The position numbers and the translations under genes are program-made. Shown here in pieces: positions 1 to 9,882 of a DNA stretch of 64,000 nt. The first letter of the stretch is position 1; the number at the start of each line of letters is the position of its first letter. Source of the stretch: Candidatus Omnitrophota bacterium (GTDB lineage Bacteria; Omnitrophota; Gorgyraeia; Gygaellales; Profunditerraquicolaceae); the NCBI GenBank assembly GCA_041649115.1, contig JBAZNT010000007.1:16046-80045 (forward strand). The letters run 5' to 3'. The notes beneath the pieces are model-generated. The model did not search any database, was not told where the DNA came from, and worked only from the letters and a program-made list of their open reading frames with translations.

Positions 1-68
1 TGATAAAATTAATCTGGAGTATATAGCTTAAAGTAAAAACCAGCAACATACCAACCAGGTATCTTAAA

Positions 69-1040
69 TTAGTTTTTATTGCGGTCTGATTTTTCATAGG
101 CCTCGATAATACGCTGGACAAGGGCATGCCTTACCACGTCTGCCCCCGTCAGCTGGATAAACTTGATGCCATCGATATCTTTCAATATTGCCTGCGCGTC
201 AAGCAGGCCAATGGGCTTGCCGTCCGGCAGGTCGCTTTGCGTAATGTCTCCCGTAATCACGGCCTTGGAATCAAACCCCAGGCGCGTTAAAAACATTTTC
301 ATCTGGTCATCGGTACAATTCTGGGCTTCGTCCAGTATGATAAAGGCGTCGTTTAGGGTCCTTCCGCGCATATAGGCCAGCGGGGCCACTTCGATAATTC
401 CGCTGGCAAGGTATCTCTCGATGGTCTCTGCTTCCATCATATCATAGATTGCATCGTATAGCGGCCTTAAATAAGGAGAAATCTTCTCGTACATGTCCCC
501 GGGCAGAAAGCCCAGGGACTCCCCTGCCTCTATGGCCGGGCGGGTCAGGATGATCCGGCGCACCTGGTGCTTCTTTAATTCATCCACTGCCGAGGCCATC
601 GCAAGATACGTCTTGCCTGTGCCGGCCGGCCCGATACCGAAAACGATATCGTATTTCCTGATTGCCTCTACATACTCGCGCTGCCCCCTGGTTCTCGGTC
701 CGATGACGCGCTGACCGGCAGACCTGCTTTTCGCAAAAGCTATCTTCTCCAGCCCCGCAACATCAATCCTGGCTCCACCGCTATCCTTAAAATTGCGCAA
801 CCGGTAATAGAAGTCTTCCCGGCTGAGCCCCTTGTCCCCTGCGCGTACGATAGAAAGTATTTCTGCAATCAACCCGGATGCCTTGCTGATGTTACCGGCC
901 GTGCCGCTTATTCTGAGGCGTTCCCCGCGAAGGGCTACCTTGACCCTGAATTCCTTCTCGATAGCCTTGAGGTTCTCATCGTGCGGCCCGAAAAGAATCT
1001 GGGCTTCCTGCTGATTTTCTATGGTAACGAATTTTTCCAT
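69..1040 (-). CDS. phoH: PhoH-family ATPase
   Basis: 323-aa ORF. Walker A GPAGTGKT, Walker B FIILDEAQN, and the PhoH-typical GDITQSDLP motif. Confidence 0.9.
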   Translation of the reverse strand: MEKFVTIENQQEAQILFGPHDENLKAIEKEFRVKVALRGERLRISGTAGNISKASGLIAEILSIVRAGDKGLSREDFYYRLRNFKDSGGARIDVAGLEKIAFAKSRSAGQRVIGPRTRGQREYVEAIRKYDIVFGIGPAGTGKTYLAMASAVDELKKHQVRRIILTRPAIEAGESLGFLPGDMYEKISPYLRPLYDAIYDMMEAETIERYLASGIIEVAPLAYMRGRTLNDAFIILDEAQNCTDDQMKMFLTRLGFDSKAVITGDITQSDLPDGKPIGLLDAQAILKDIDGIKFIQLTGADVVRHALVQRIIEAYEKSDRNKN

Positions 1041-1082
1041 CCCTTAAATATTCAACCGGGCATCAATTCCGGCCCAAAGTCC

Positions 1083-1643
1083 TTATTTTAAACCTTCCGC
1101 CTCTTCCCCTGCAAGGTCGGATGAAGCCGCCCGGGATGAATTTTCCTGGGGGACATTAATGACCTGGCCCGGATAAATCTTGTCAGGCCCCTTTAGGGCA
1201 TCCCTGTTAGCCTGATAAATCTTCTGCCACTTCTTAGTGGTCCCGTAGAACTTCTGGGATATCTTCTGCAAGGTATCCCCCTTTCCGACGGTATACTGCT
1301 GCATGGCGCCTTCCGCCTCCTGCACCGTTACGGTTTGCGTTTGGGTCTCGGTCATAACCGGCGTTCTTAAAATATCCGTCTCTGTAATCGCCTCTTCTGC
1401 CCCTGGCTTTGTCGCTTTATCCTTGTAAGAGGAACCTAATTCAAGCTCAAAGACCCTTACTTGCCTTGTGGTCTTGCGCGGAGCTTCTTGCTGCGGCGCT
1501 TTGCCTTGCAGATAACCACGATTACCGCCGCCAGTATCCTGGTCCAGCCTATCGCGGGTTACCTCGTAGGTCCTGGCTACGCAGCCGGAAAGCATAAAAA
1601 CAAACATTAAAACCGCCCATCCTAAGAACTTTACACCTTTCAT
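1083..1643 (-). CDS. LysM-domain lipoprotein
   Basis: Signal peptide ending in the lipobox LSGC. C-terminal LysM-like segment YTVGKGDTLQKISQKFYG...IYPGQVINVP. Confidence 0.75.
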   Translation of the reverse strand: MKGVKFLGWAVLMFVFMLSGCVARTYEVTRDRLDQDTGGGNRGYLQGKAPQQEAPRKTTRQVRVFELELGSSYKDKATKPGAEEAITETDILRTPVMTETQTQTVTVQEAEGAMQQYTVGKGDTLQKISQKFYGTTKKWQKIYQANRDALKGPDKIYPGQVINVPQENSSRAASSDLAGEEAEGLK

Positions 1644-1645
1644 AC

Positions 1646-3037
1646 CTAGACCCTCCTTTTCTTGAGAATTACCCCTAATTCCTTTAGCTGCTTATCCTTG
1701 ACCTCCGAAGGCGCTCCGGTTAAAGGGCAGAAGGCCTTCTGGGTCTTGGGAAAAGCGATAACCTCACGAATGCTAAGCTCCCCCGCCATTATAGCCAATA
1801 ACCGGTCTATGCCAAAAGCGAAACCGCCGTGCGGCGGAGCCCCGAAACGAAACGCCTCCATCAAAAACCCGAATCGCTCTTTCGCCTCCGCCTCGCCGAT
1901 ACCGATGACCTTAAAAATACGTTCCTGCAACTGCGGGCTGTGAATCCTGATGGAGCCCGAACCCAACTCTACCCCGTTTAATACCAGGTCGTAAGAACGC
2001 GCCCTGGCATCTCCGGGGGAATTTTCCAGAACTCCAATGTCACTGTCCGCCGGAGCCGTAAAAGGATGGTGCTCGCTCTCCCAGCGCTTCTCCTCTTCGT
2101 TATATTTAAAAAGAGGAAAATCCTGGACCCAGACAAAGGCAAAATCGGAATTCTTGCTTTTTCGCAGGTCGGGCTTATCGCTGCCGTATTCTTTTACCGC
2201 CTCCTGGTAGGAAAGCCGTTCAAACGGCAATTTTAAATCTATGCCTTTAAGCTCGCTGAATACCAGCTGCATCAGTTCCTCTATCAGCAAAAAAATGTCA
2301 TTCTCTTGGACAAACGACATCTCGATATCCAACTGAGTGAATTCCGGCTGACGGTCGGAGCGCAGGTCTTCGTCGCGGAAACACTTTGCGATTTGATAAT
2401 AGCGATCGATGCCCCCGACCATCAGGATTTGTTTGAATAACTGCGGCGACTGCGGAAGGGCATAAAACTCTCCCGGACTGAGCCGCGAAGGAACAAGGTA
2501 ATCGCGTGCGCCTTCGGGAGTAGACTTTGTCAGTATGGGGGTATCGCAGGAAACAAACCCCTTGCCGGGCAGAAAGGAATTAATGACATTGTAAAGCCTG
2601 TCCCGCATCAGGAAATTATCCAAAACCCTTTTCCTCCTTAAATCCAGGTAGCGGTATTTCAACCGCACCTCCTCGCTTACCTCCAGATCGTCAAGGACCT
2701 CAAATGGCGGCGTAAGGCTGGGGTTAAGTATCTCCAACTCGGAGACCGCCATCTCTACCTGTCCGGTAGGTATCTTATCGTTGACCGTGCCTTGCGGACG
2801 GCGGCTAACCTTCCCCTTGATACGTATGACAAACTCGTTTCTTAATTCCTGGGCGCGGCTGTGCGCCTCGGGAGAATCCTTGGGTATGAAAACTGCCTGC
2901 GTTATGCCGAATCTGTCGCGGATATCGATAAAGATAAGTTTACCGTGGTCCCTGCGATTGGCAACCCAACCGCAAAGCGTCGCCTCTTTGCCGATATCTT
3001 CGGCACATAATTCTCCGCAGGTGTGCGTGCGAAGCAT
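1646..3037 (-). CDS. aspS: aspartyl-tRNA synthetase, bacterial-type sequence lacking the GAD insertion domain
   Basis: Class II motifs are present (FRDEDLRSDRQPEFTQLD, GSGSIRIH, GFAFGIDRL). The protein is only 463 aa. The sequence runs GSDKPDLRKSKNSDFAFVWVQDFPLF, where bacterial enzymes carry a domain of about 125 aa. Confidence 0.9.
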   Translation of the reverse strand: MLRTHTCGELCAEDIGKEATLCGWVANRRDHGKLIFIDIRDRFGITQAVFIPKDSPEAHSRAQELRNEFVIRIKGKVSRRPQGTVNDKIPTGQVEMAVSELEILNPSLTPPFEVLDDLEVSEEVRLKYRYLDLRRKRVLDNFLMRDRLYNVINSFLPGKGFVSCDTPILTKSTPEGARDYLVPSRLSPGEFYALPQSPQLFKQILMVGGIDRYYQIAKCFRDEDLRSDRQPEFTQLDIEMSFVQENDIFLLIEELMQLVFSELKGIDLKLPFERLSYQEAVKEYGSDKPDLRKSKNSDFAFVWVQDFPLFKYNEEEKRWESEHHPFTAPADSDIGVLENSPGDARARSYDLVLNGVELGSGSIRIHSPQLQERIFKVIGIGEAEAKERFGFLMEAFRFGAPPHGGFAFGIDRLLAIMAGELSIREVIAFPKTQKAFCPLTGAPSEVKDKQLKELGVILKKRRV

Positions 3038-3038
3038 C

Positions 3039-4292
3039 TTATCCCCTATCCTTTCTTAACTCCTCAATTAAATCCTTCAAGGGCACCTCGCGCTGTTGGC
3101 TGGTGCGCATATCCCTGAAGGCGATAACCTGTTTTTTAAGCTCATCCTCCCCCAATATCAAAACCCGGCTTGCTCCGGCATCATTGGCCTTGCGCATTGC
3201 GCCCTTAAGGGACTTATTCTCGTAGTCGGTATCTGAGGGTATACCCGCCCCTCTTAAAGCGCTAAGGAGCCTCAGCCCCTCTTTGCCGGCTGCATCCCCC
3301 AACGTTATCAAATAAATCAGGCTGTCCTGCCCCCTCTCAGGCTGGTCCTGGCAAGAAACCAGAAGAAGCCTCTCCATGCCAAAGGCAAAACCCATTGCGC
3401 CGGTCGCCGGGCCGCCCAACTCCCTGATAAGATCATCATACCTCCCCCCGGCTCCGATAGCGTCCTGGGCGCCTAGCCCCGCATGTTTAATTTCAAAGAC
3501 GGTGCCGGTGTAATAATCGAGACCGCGTACCAGGCAAGGATTAATTCTATACTTTATGCCCAATGAATCCAGGCCGCCCCTTACCTCTTTGGCATGCCTC
3601 AAACAGCCGCTGCACAAAAAGCTATCGCCGGACTCAAGCAAACCTGATACCGTTTCCCGGCACGATGGATTCTTGCAGTCAAGGATACGCAGGGCATTGC
3701 GCCCAAAACGCTCATTACATTCAGGGCAAAGATCGGCTAGGCGCGGTTTAAGGGAATCGCGCAAAAAATGTATGAATCCGTTTTTATCCTCAGCGCAACC
3801 AAGGCTGTTTACTTCAATTACATAGCCGGCTACGCCAAAGGCCTTAAGGAGGGTATCGGCCAGAGATACGACCTCTACGTCTACCATCGGGTTCGATGAG
3901 CCGATTACCTCGCACCCTAAGTGATGAAACTGGCGCAATCTCCCCTTTTGCGGCCTCTCTAGCCTGAACATCGGACCGGTATAATAAAGTTTTACCAGCC
4001 CTTTGTTTTTATCAAGGTTGTTTTCTAAGTAAGCGCGCGCAATCGGAGCCGTCCCTTCCGGACGCAGGGCATAGGTATCCGAGGCGTTTTTAATAACAAA
4101 CATCTGCTTCTGGACTATTTCGGCAGATTCTCCCAGCGAGCGGTTAAATAAGGCAATGTCCTCTATCAGCGGAAAACGCACCTCAGAGTAATTATAAAGC
4201 GCAAAAACCCTGCGCGCAGCCTCTTCTATCTGCTGCCAGCGCCCGATCTCATCGGGCAGGATATCTTTCGTGCCGGGAATTCTATTGAACAT
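3039..4292 (-). CDS. hisS: histidyl-tRNA synthetase
   Basis: 417 aa. Contains LRPEGTA, YYTGPMFRLERPQKGRLRQFHHLG and GGGRYD motifs. Confidence 0.92.
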   Translation of the reverse strand: MFNRIPGTKDILPDEIGRWQQIEEAARRVFALYNYSEVRFPLIEDIALFNRSLGESAEIVQKQMFVIKNASDTYALRPEGTAPIARAYLENNLDKNKGLVKLYYTGPMFRLERPQKGRLRQFHHLGCEVIGSSNPMVDVEVVSLADTLLKAFGVAGYVIEVNSLGCAEDKNGFIHFLRDSLKPRLADLCPECNERFGRNALRILDCKNPSCRETVSGLLESGDSFLCSGCLRHAKEVRGGLDSLGIKYRINPCLVRGLDYYTGTVFEIKHAGLGAQDAIGAGGRYDDLIRELGGPATGAMGFAFGMERLLLVSCQDQPERGQDSLIYLITLGDAAGKEGLRLLSALRGAGIPSDTDYENKSLKGAMRKANDAGASRVLILGEDELKKQVIAFRDMRTSQQREVPLKDLIEELRKDRG

Positions 4293-4328
4293 CGGGATTT
4301 GCTATTAAAGGTAAAAGTGGGCGGTTGG

Positions 4329-4601
4329 CTACCTCATCTTTTTCTTCATCTCTAAGCCTGGCTTAAAGACTACAACCTTACGGGGCGGGACGGGAACGAC
4401 CTGACCGGTACGAGGATTTCGGCCGGTGCGGCTCTTTCTCTGCTTTATCTTAAACACGCCAAAATTGCGTAATTCTATTTTTTCGCCTCTTGCAAGGGCT
4501 TCTACGATACAATCAAAGGTTTTCTGGACCACCCTTTTTACGTCTATCTGTTTAAGTCCGGTTTCATCAGAAACCCTAAGTATTATGTCCTTCTTGGTCA
4601 T
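4329..4601 (-). CDS. HU/IHF-family DNA-binding protein
   Basis: 90 aa. Contains GFGxF-like NFGVFKIKQRKSRTGRNPRTGQVVPVP, the beta-arm typical of HU/IHF. Confidence 0.85.
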   Translation of the reverse strand: MTKKDIILRVSDETGLKQIDVKRVVQKTFDCIVEALARGEKIELRNFGVFKIKQRKSRTGRNPRTGQVVPVPPRKVVVFKPGLEMKKKMR

Positions 4602-4786
4602 TGTCTACCTCCTTCTGTAGAGACAGAACACTGGCGCAATTCCGCTTAGCGCCAGGTGTTAATATTAGAGAGAGCGCCAATTCATCCTTTAGGATTGGGT
4701 GTAATTATCTAGACGCATACCGGCCTATTTTGCCACAAGGCGGATACCAATGCATCCCGCCTAGCGTTGGGTATCTCTTTATAACT

Positions 4787-4815
4787 ACAGTAACATCAAA
4801 AAGTTACAATGTCAA
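4787..4815 (-). promoter_or_regulatory. candidate sigma70-type promoter for the HU/IHF gene
   Basis: The minus strand reads TTGACA-N17-TACTGT. This would give a 5' UTR of about 180 nt containing several hairpins. Confidence 0.35.
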
Positions 4816-4836
4816 GCAAAGATTAATAAAGATTGG

Positions 4837-7800
4837 CTATATCGCCAAAGATAGCCTCTCCTCCCCCAGCAGATTGGCGATCTCCTGGGTTAAACTTTCA
4901 GAAGGCTCTACGAAGAGCCCGTTTCCTACTACCATTTGGATGCGTGATTTAGACGGGGTATCCAGGCGTAAATAAACCGGGGTTTTGCCGGGAGAGGACG
5001 CCAATAGGGCCTTAAGGCTTTCAAAAAGATTCTCCCTGATGCCTGAAAGATTAATATTCATGGCACTGATAAGCCGGTAAACCTCCTCAATCGGAAACAA
5101 ATCATTGGCGATAATCTTAGGGGATTCCTCCTTAAGATTAAGCCTGCCACGAACCATTACTACGCTGCTGGGTTGAATATAATGGCAAACCTTCTGGAAG
5201 GCCTGCGGGAAAACCAGCACCTCTACCGAGCCTTCAAGGTCCTCTAATTTCAAGATTGCCATCTTTTCCTGCTTGGCGCGGGTAATGGTATGCTTGATTT
5301 TAGATATCATCCCCACCATTTTAATTTCGTCTCCGTCACGGCAGACGCTGAGATTCTGGGTGGAGACCGATGTAAAACGCTTGATCTGGCCGGCATAGCG
5401 AGCCAGCGGATGGCCGCTGATATAAAAACCAAGCATCTCTTTTTCGAAAGCCAGGAGCTGCGGTTCAGGCCATTCCTTGATCTGCGGCAATTTTACGACC
5501 TCTTTAAAGCCTCCCGCAATAGTGCCCTGGTCAAAAAATGACAGCTGCCCCCTTTCTTTGTCGCGCTGGGATTTAGAAGAAAGCTCCAGCAATTTCTCCA
5601 AGCTGGCAAACATCTGCGCCCGTGGCATGCCGAAACCGTCCATGGCGCCGCATTTTATCAAACTCTCCAAAACCTTACGATTAACAAGCCTGGAATCAAC
5701 GCGCTGCGCCAGGTCATCCAGGGACTTAAAATTGCCTTCGTTCCTGGCCTTTACGACGGATTCGATCGCCCCTGCCCCAACATTTTTGACAGCCAGCAGC
5801 CCAAATCTTATGGTAGAACCATCTACTACCTTAAAAAGCGCATCGCTCTCATTTATATCAGGAGGCAGTATCTTAATGTTCATGCGCCCGGCCTCATTGA
5901 CGTACTCCACGATTTTATCGGTATTATCGCGTTCCGATGTCAGAAGCGCAGTCATAAATTCTACCGGGAAATTGGCCTTAAGGTAGGCGGTGCGGTAAGA
6001 GATAAGGGCATAGGCGGCACTGTGGGATTTATTGAAACCATAACCGGAAAAATATTCTATCAAATCGAATATCTTGTTGGCAACGGATTCCTTGATGCCG
6101 TTCCTGAGGCACCCGGAAACAAAATTAATACGCTGTTTCTCCATGACCTCGGGGATCTTCTTACTCATCGCGCGGCGCAGGAGATCCGCCTCGGAAAAAC
6201 TAAATCCTGCCAGGGCATTGGCTGCCTGCATGATCTGTTCCTGATAAACCATAATCCCGTAAGTTTCTTTAAGTATGCTCTCGAGCTTCGGGTGGTCGTA
6301 TTTTATGGGGATGCGGTTGTGTTTGCGCTGGATAAAATCGTCGAGCATGCCGGAGCCGATCGGCCCCGGACGGTAAAGTGCCAACAGCGCAATTAGGTCG
6401 TCGAAGCGGCTGGGCTCAAGTTTACGCAACAGGTCGCGCATCCCGGAACTTTCCACCTGGAATACCCCGACTGTCTGTGCGCTTGAGAGAAGCTGATAGG
6501 TCCTCGGGTCATCCAACGCAAGCCCCTTGATGTCTATGTCCTTTGCGCGGGAATCCTTAATAATCTTGAGGGTCTGCTCAATTACAGTCAGGGTCCGCAG
6601 GCCCAGAAAATCCACCTTCAACAATCCGATCTTCTCCAGCGCCTTCATACTGTAACCACTGGTAATCTGGTCGTCCTGGGTCTTAAAAAGAGGCATGTAA
6701 CTATCCAGCGGCTTATCCGCAATCACTACCCCTGCCGCGTGAACAGAGGCATGACGGTTCAAGCCTTCCAGCGAAAGGGCGGTATCAATTAATTGCGTCA
6801 ATTGGGGCTGAGTCTTGTAGAGGGTTTTTAGTTCCGTTTCGCTCTCCAGGGCGTCCCTAAGGGTAAGGCCGGGGTCGGGAGGTATCATCTTGGCTATACG
6901 GTCAACGTCGGCATAGCTCATTCCCATGACCCTTCCGACGTCGCGCACTACCGCGCGCGCCTGCATCGTCCCAAAAGTGATAATCTGCGCTACGTTTTCG
7001 CGGCCGTATTTCTTGGTAACGTAATCGATGACTTCCTGCCTTCTCTCATAACAAAAATCAATATCGATATCCGGCAGCCCGATACGCTCGGGATTCAGGA
7101 ATCTTTCAAAAAGCAGCCCGTACCTAAGAGGGTCTATGTCCGTGATGCCCAGGAGGTAGCTGACGATGCTGCCGGCTGCGCTGCCGCGTCCCGGTCCTAC
7201 CGGTATCCCCTGGCCCTTGGCATAATGGATAAAATCCCAGACAATCAAAAAATAACTGGTAAACCCCATCTCCTTGATAATCTTTAATTCGTGCTCCAGG
7301 CGACCCTTTACGGGATCCTCCCTTCCGTTGAACCTGAGGGTCAACCCTTTATTGCAAAGCTCCCTTAAAAATTCCTCCTTGGTCTTGCCGGTTGGGGACT
7401 CATAACGAGGCAGGTGGATACGCGTAAAATCAAGTTCCAGGTTGCATCTTGCGGCAATCTCAACGCTATTGGAGATAGCCTCAGGCGTATCCTTAAAATT
7501 ATCCCGCATCTCCTGCGGAGACTTGAAATAAAACTCCTCAGTCTGAAAACGCATCCGGTTAGGGTCATCCAGGGTGGACTGCGTCTGAATGCAAAGGAGC
7601 GCTTCATGGCTTGAGGCATGCTCCTTATTGAGATAATGCACGTCATTAGTGGCAACCAGCGGGATGTTCAATTCCCGGGATATCCTGATAAGCCCCTCGT
7701 TAACCAGCCTCTGTTCAGGTATGCGGTTTTCCTGCAATTCCAGATAAAAATTATCTTTGCCCATAATATGCAGGTAATCATCCGCGGTCTTCAGGGCGTC

Positions 7801-8268
7801 GTTAAAACGCTTCTCCTCCAGCAAGGAGGGAATCTCGCCTTTCAGGCACGAACTCAAGGCAATCAATCCTTCGTGATATTTAGCCAGGGATTCCTTATCG
7901 ATACGCGGACGGTAATAGAAACCCTCCAGGTATCCTATCGACACCAGTTTCATAAGATTTTGATAACCCGTCTCGTCCTTTGCAAGGAGGATGAGGTGAT
8001 AGGAAGCCTCCTCAATGCTATTGGAGCTTTTTTCGAAACGGCTCTGGGGAGCGATATAGACCTCGCATCCGATAATCGGCTTTATGCCTGCCTTTTGGGC
8101 GTTAAGGTAGAAATCTATCGCCCCGAACATATTGCCGTGGTCGGTAATGGCGAGGCTGTCCATCTTATATTGATTGGCAAGCGCCAGAAGCTCCGGTATA
8201 CGGCAGGCGCCGTCTAAGAGGCTGTATTGGGTGTGCAGATGCAGGTGGATAAATTCAGAGCGCGGCAT
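4837..8268 (-). CDS. dnaE: DNA polymerase III alpha subunit
   Basis: 1143 aa. N-terminal PHP domain (HLHLHTQYSLLDG), polymerase core, and a C-terminal OB fold. No intein-sized insertion. Confidence 0.95.
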   Translation of the reverse strand: MPRSEFIHLHLHTQYSLLDGACRIPELLALANQYKMDSLAITDHGNMFGAIDFYLNAQKAGIKPIIGCEVYIAPQSRFEKSSNSIEEASYHLILLAKDETGYQNLMKLVSIGYLEGFYYRPRIDKESLAKYHEGLIALSSCLKGEIPSLLEEKRFNDALKTADDYLHIMGKDNFYLELQENRIPEQRLVNEGLIRISRELNIPLVATNDVHYLNKEHASSHEALLCIQTQSTLDDPNRMRFQTEEFYFKSPQEMRDNFKDTPEAISNSVEIAARCNLELDFTRIHLPRYESPTGKTKEEFLRELCNKGLTLRFNGREDPVKGRLEHELKIIKEMGFTSYFLIVWDFIHYAKGQGIPVGPGRGSAAGSIVSYLLGITDIDPLRYGLLFERFLNPERIGLPDIDIDFCYERRQEVIDYVTKKYGRENVAQIITFGTMQARAVVRDVGRVMGMSYADVDRIAKMIPPDPGLTLRDALESETELKTLYKTQPQLTQLIDTALSLEGLNRHASVHAAGVVIADKPLDSYMPLFKTQDDQITSGYSMKALEKIGLLKVDFLGLRTLTVIEQTLKIIKDSRAKDIDIKGLALDDPRTYQLLSSAQTVGVFQVESSGMRDLLRKLEPSRFDDLIALLALYRPGPIGSGMLDDFIQRKHNRIPIKYDHPKLESILKETYGIMVYQEQIMQAANALAGFSFSEADLLRRAMSKKIPEVMEKQRINFVSGCLRNGIKESVANKIFDLIEYFSGYGFNKSHSAAYALISYRTAYLKANFPVEFMTALLTSERDNTDKIVEYVNEAGRMNIKILPPDINESDALFKVVDGSTIRFGLLAVKNVGAGAIESVVKARNEGNFKSLDDLAQRVDSRLVNRKVLESLIKCGAMDGFGMPRAQMFASLEKLLELSSKSQRDKERGQLSFFDQGTIAGGFKEVVKLPQIKEWPEPQLLAFEKEMLGFYISGHPLARYAGQIKRFTSVSTQNLSVCRDGDEIKMVGMISKIKHTITRAKQEKMAILKLEDLEGSVEVLVFPQAFQKVCHYIQPSSVVMVRGRLNLKEESPKIIANDLFPIEEVYRLISAMNINLSGIRENLFESLKALLASSPGKTPVYLRLDTPSKSRIQMVVGNGLFVEPSESLTQEIANLLGEERLSLAI

Positions 8269-8340
8269 TATTGCATACGAAACTCATCGCAGCCGCGGGC
8301 TATTTCGGCTAAAACGGCTTGCGATGAACCAGGGGTTACC

Positions 8341-9882
8341 TTATTCCCATTCGATAGTAGCCGGGGGTTTTGATGAGATATCGTAAACCACGCGGTTTAT
8401 GCCTTTGACGTGGTTAATGATGCGGTTGGATATTTTTTCCAGCACTTCATAAGGAAGCCGCACCCAGTCTGCGGTCATGCCGTCAAGGCTGCTGACGCAG
8501 CGTAATGCCGCTACGTTCTCGTAGGTGCGCTCATCACCCATCACGCCTACGCTCTTGATGGGCAGGAGTATCGCAAACGACTGCCAGACCTGTTCATAGA
8601 GCCCGGCGCTGCGGATCTCCTCAAGGACATGCTGGTCTATCTCGCGCAGTAAATTCAGGCGTTCTGTCGTCACCTCCCCGATAATACGGATGGCCAGGCC
8701 CGGACCCGGGAAAGGCTGGCGGTAAATAATATTGTCGGGGACCCCCAGTCCTCTTCCTATCTGGCGAACCTCATCTTTGAATAAATCGCGCAGCGGCTCA
8801 ATGAGTTTCAATTTCATGTGTTGCGGAAGCCCGCCGACATTATGGTGGCTCTTGATGCGGCTGGAAGGAGCTCCCGTTACAGAAATGGACTCAATCACGT
8901 CAGGATAGAGCGTGCCCTGCGCAAGGTATTTTACTCCTTTTACCTTGGCAGCTTCCTCCTCGAAAACCCTCACGAATTCCTCTCCGATGATCTTGCGTTT
9001 GGCCTCGGGATCGGTGACCCCCTTTAAGCGGCTCAAGAAACGCTTGCCCCTGTCCACGTAAGCAAGATTCAGATGAAACATGCTCTGAAAAACCTTGCGT
9101 ATCTGCTGGGGCTCGTCTTTCCTAAGAAGCCCGTTGTCAATAAAGATACAGCGCGAATTTCTCCCTATGGCTTTATGCAGCAGTATTGCGGCTACCGAAG
9201 AATCAACCCCTCCGCTTAACCCCAGAACTACCTTGTCATTACCGACAGCCTTCTTGATGCCTGCGATGCTGTCTTTGATAAAGGACTCCATGGTCCAGCG
9301 GCCGAGGCAGCCGCAGATCTTAAAAAGAAAATTACTGAGGATCTGGTTGCCTTTTTCCGTATGGGTAACCTCGGGGTGAAACTGTACGCCGAATATCTTT
9401 CTTGAAGGATTGGCAATCGCGGCAATCGGGGCATTGGCGGTATGCGCAATCACCTTAAAACCTGATGGCAACTTCTTCAGGTAATCCCCATGGCTGGCCC
9501 AACAGGTAAAATTCCCAGGCATATGACTGAAAAGGTCGCGGTTATAATCTACGAAGAGCTCGGTCTTGCCGTATTCGCGTCCGCTGGTATGCCTGACCTT
9601 GCCGCCGAGCATCTCGGCAATAAGCTGCATGCCGTAACAAATCCCCAGCACCGGAATTCCCAACTTAAAGATTTTTGTATCAGGATAGGGGCTCTTCTTA
9701 TCCAGCACCGATGCCGGCCCCCCGGATAGTATAATCCCTTTCGGTGAAAGCTCGGCTATCTCCTTGGCCGGGGTATTATACGGGATGATGCGCGAGAAGA
9801 CCTTGTTTTCGCGCACCCTCCTGGCTATCAACTGGGTATACTGGGAGCCGAAATCTAAAATCAGTATTGTTTGTCTGGTCAT
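8341..9882 (-). CDS. guaA: GMP synthase (glutamine-hydrolysing)
   Basis: 513 aa. GATase domain (GICYGMQL), PP-loop SGGVDSS, and C-terminal PPATIEWE. Confidence 0.95.
   Translation of the reverse strand: MTRQTILILDFGSQYTQLIARRVRENKVFSRIIPYNTPAKEIAELSPKGIILSGGPASVLDKKSPYPDTKIFKLGIPVLGICYGMQLIAEMLGGKVRHTSGREYGKTELFVDYNRDLFSHMPGNFTCWASHGDYLKKLPSGFKVIAHTANAPIAAIANPSRKIFGVQFHPEVTHTEKGNQILSNFLFKICGCLGRWTMESFIKDSIAGIKKAVGNDKVVLGLSGGVDSSVAAILLHKAIGRNSRCIFIDNGLLRKDEPQQIRKVFQSMFHLNLAYVDRGKRFLSRLKGVTDPEAKRKIIGEEFVRVFEEEAAKVKGVKYLAQGTLYPDVIESISVTGAPSSRIKSHHNVGGLPQHMKLKLIEPLRDLFKDEVRQIGRGLGVPDNIIYRQPFPGPGLAIRIIGEVTTERLNLLREIDQHVLEEIRSAGLYEQVWQSFAILLPIKSVGVMGDERTYENVAALRCVSSLDGMTADWVRLPYEVLEKISNRIINHVKGINRVVYDISSKPPATIEWE

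Noticed and set aside
4837-8268. Checked dnaE for an intein, given the homing endonuclease nearby.
   Set aside because: The length (1143 aa) and the continuous conserved sequence leave no room for an intein.
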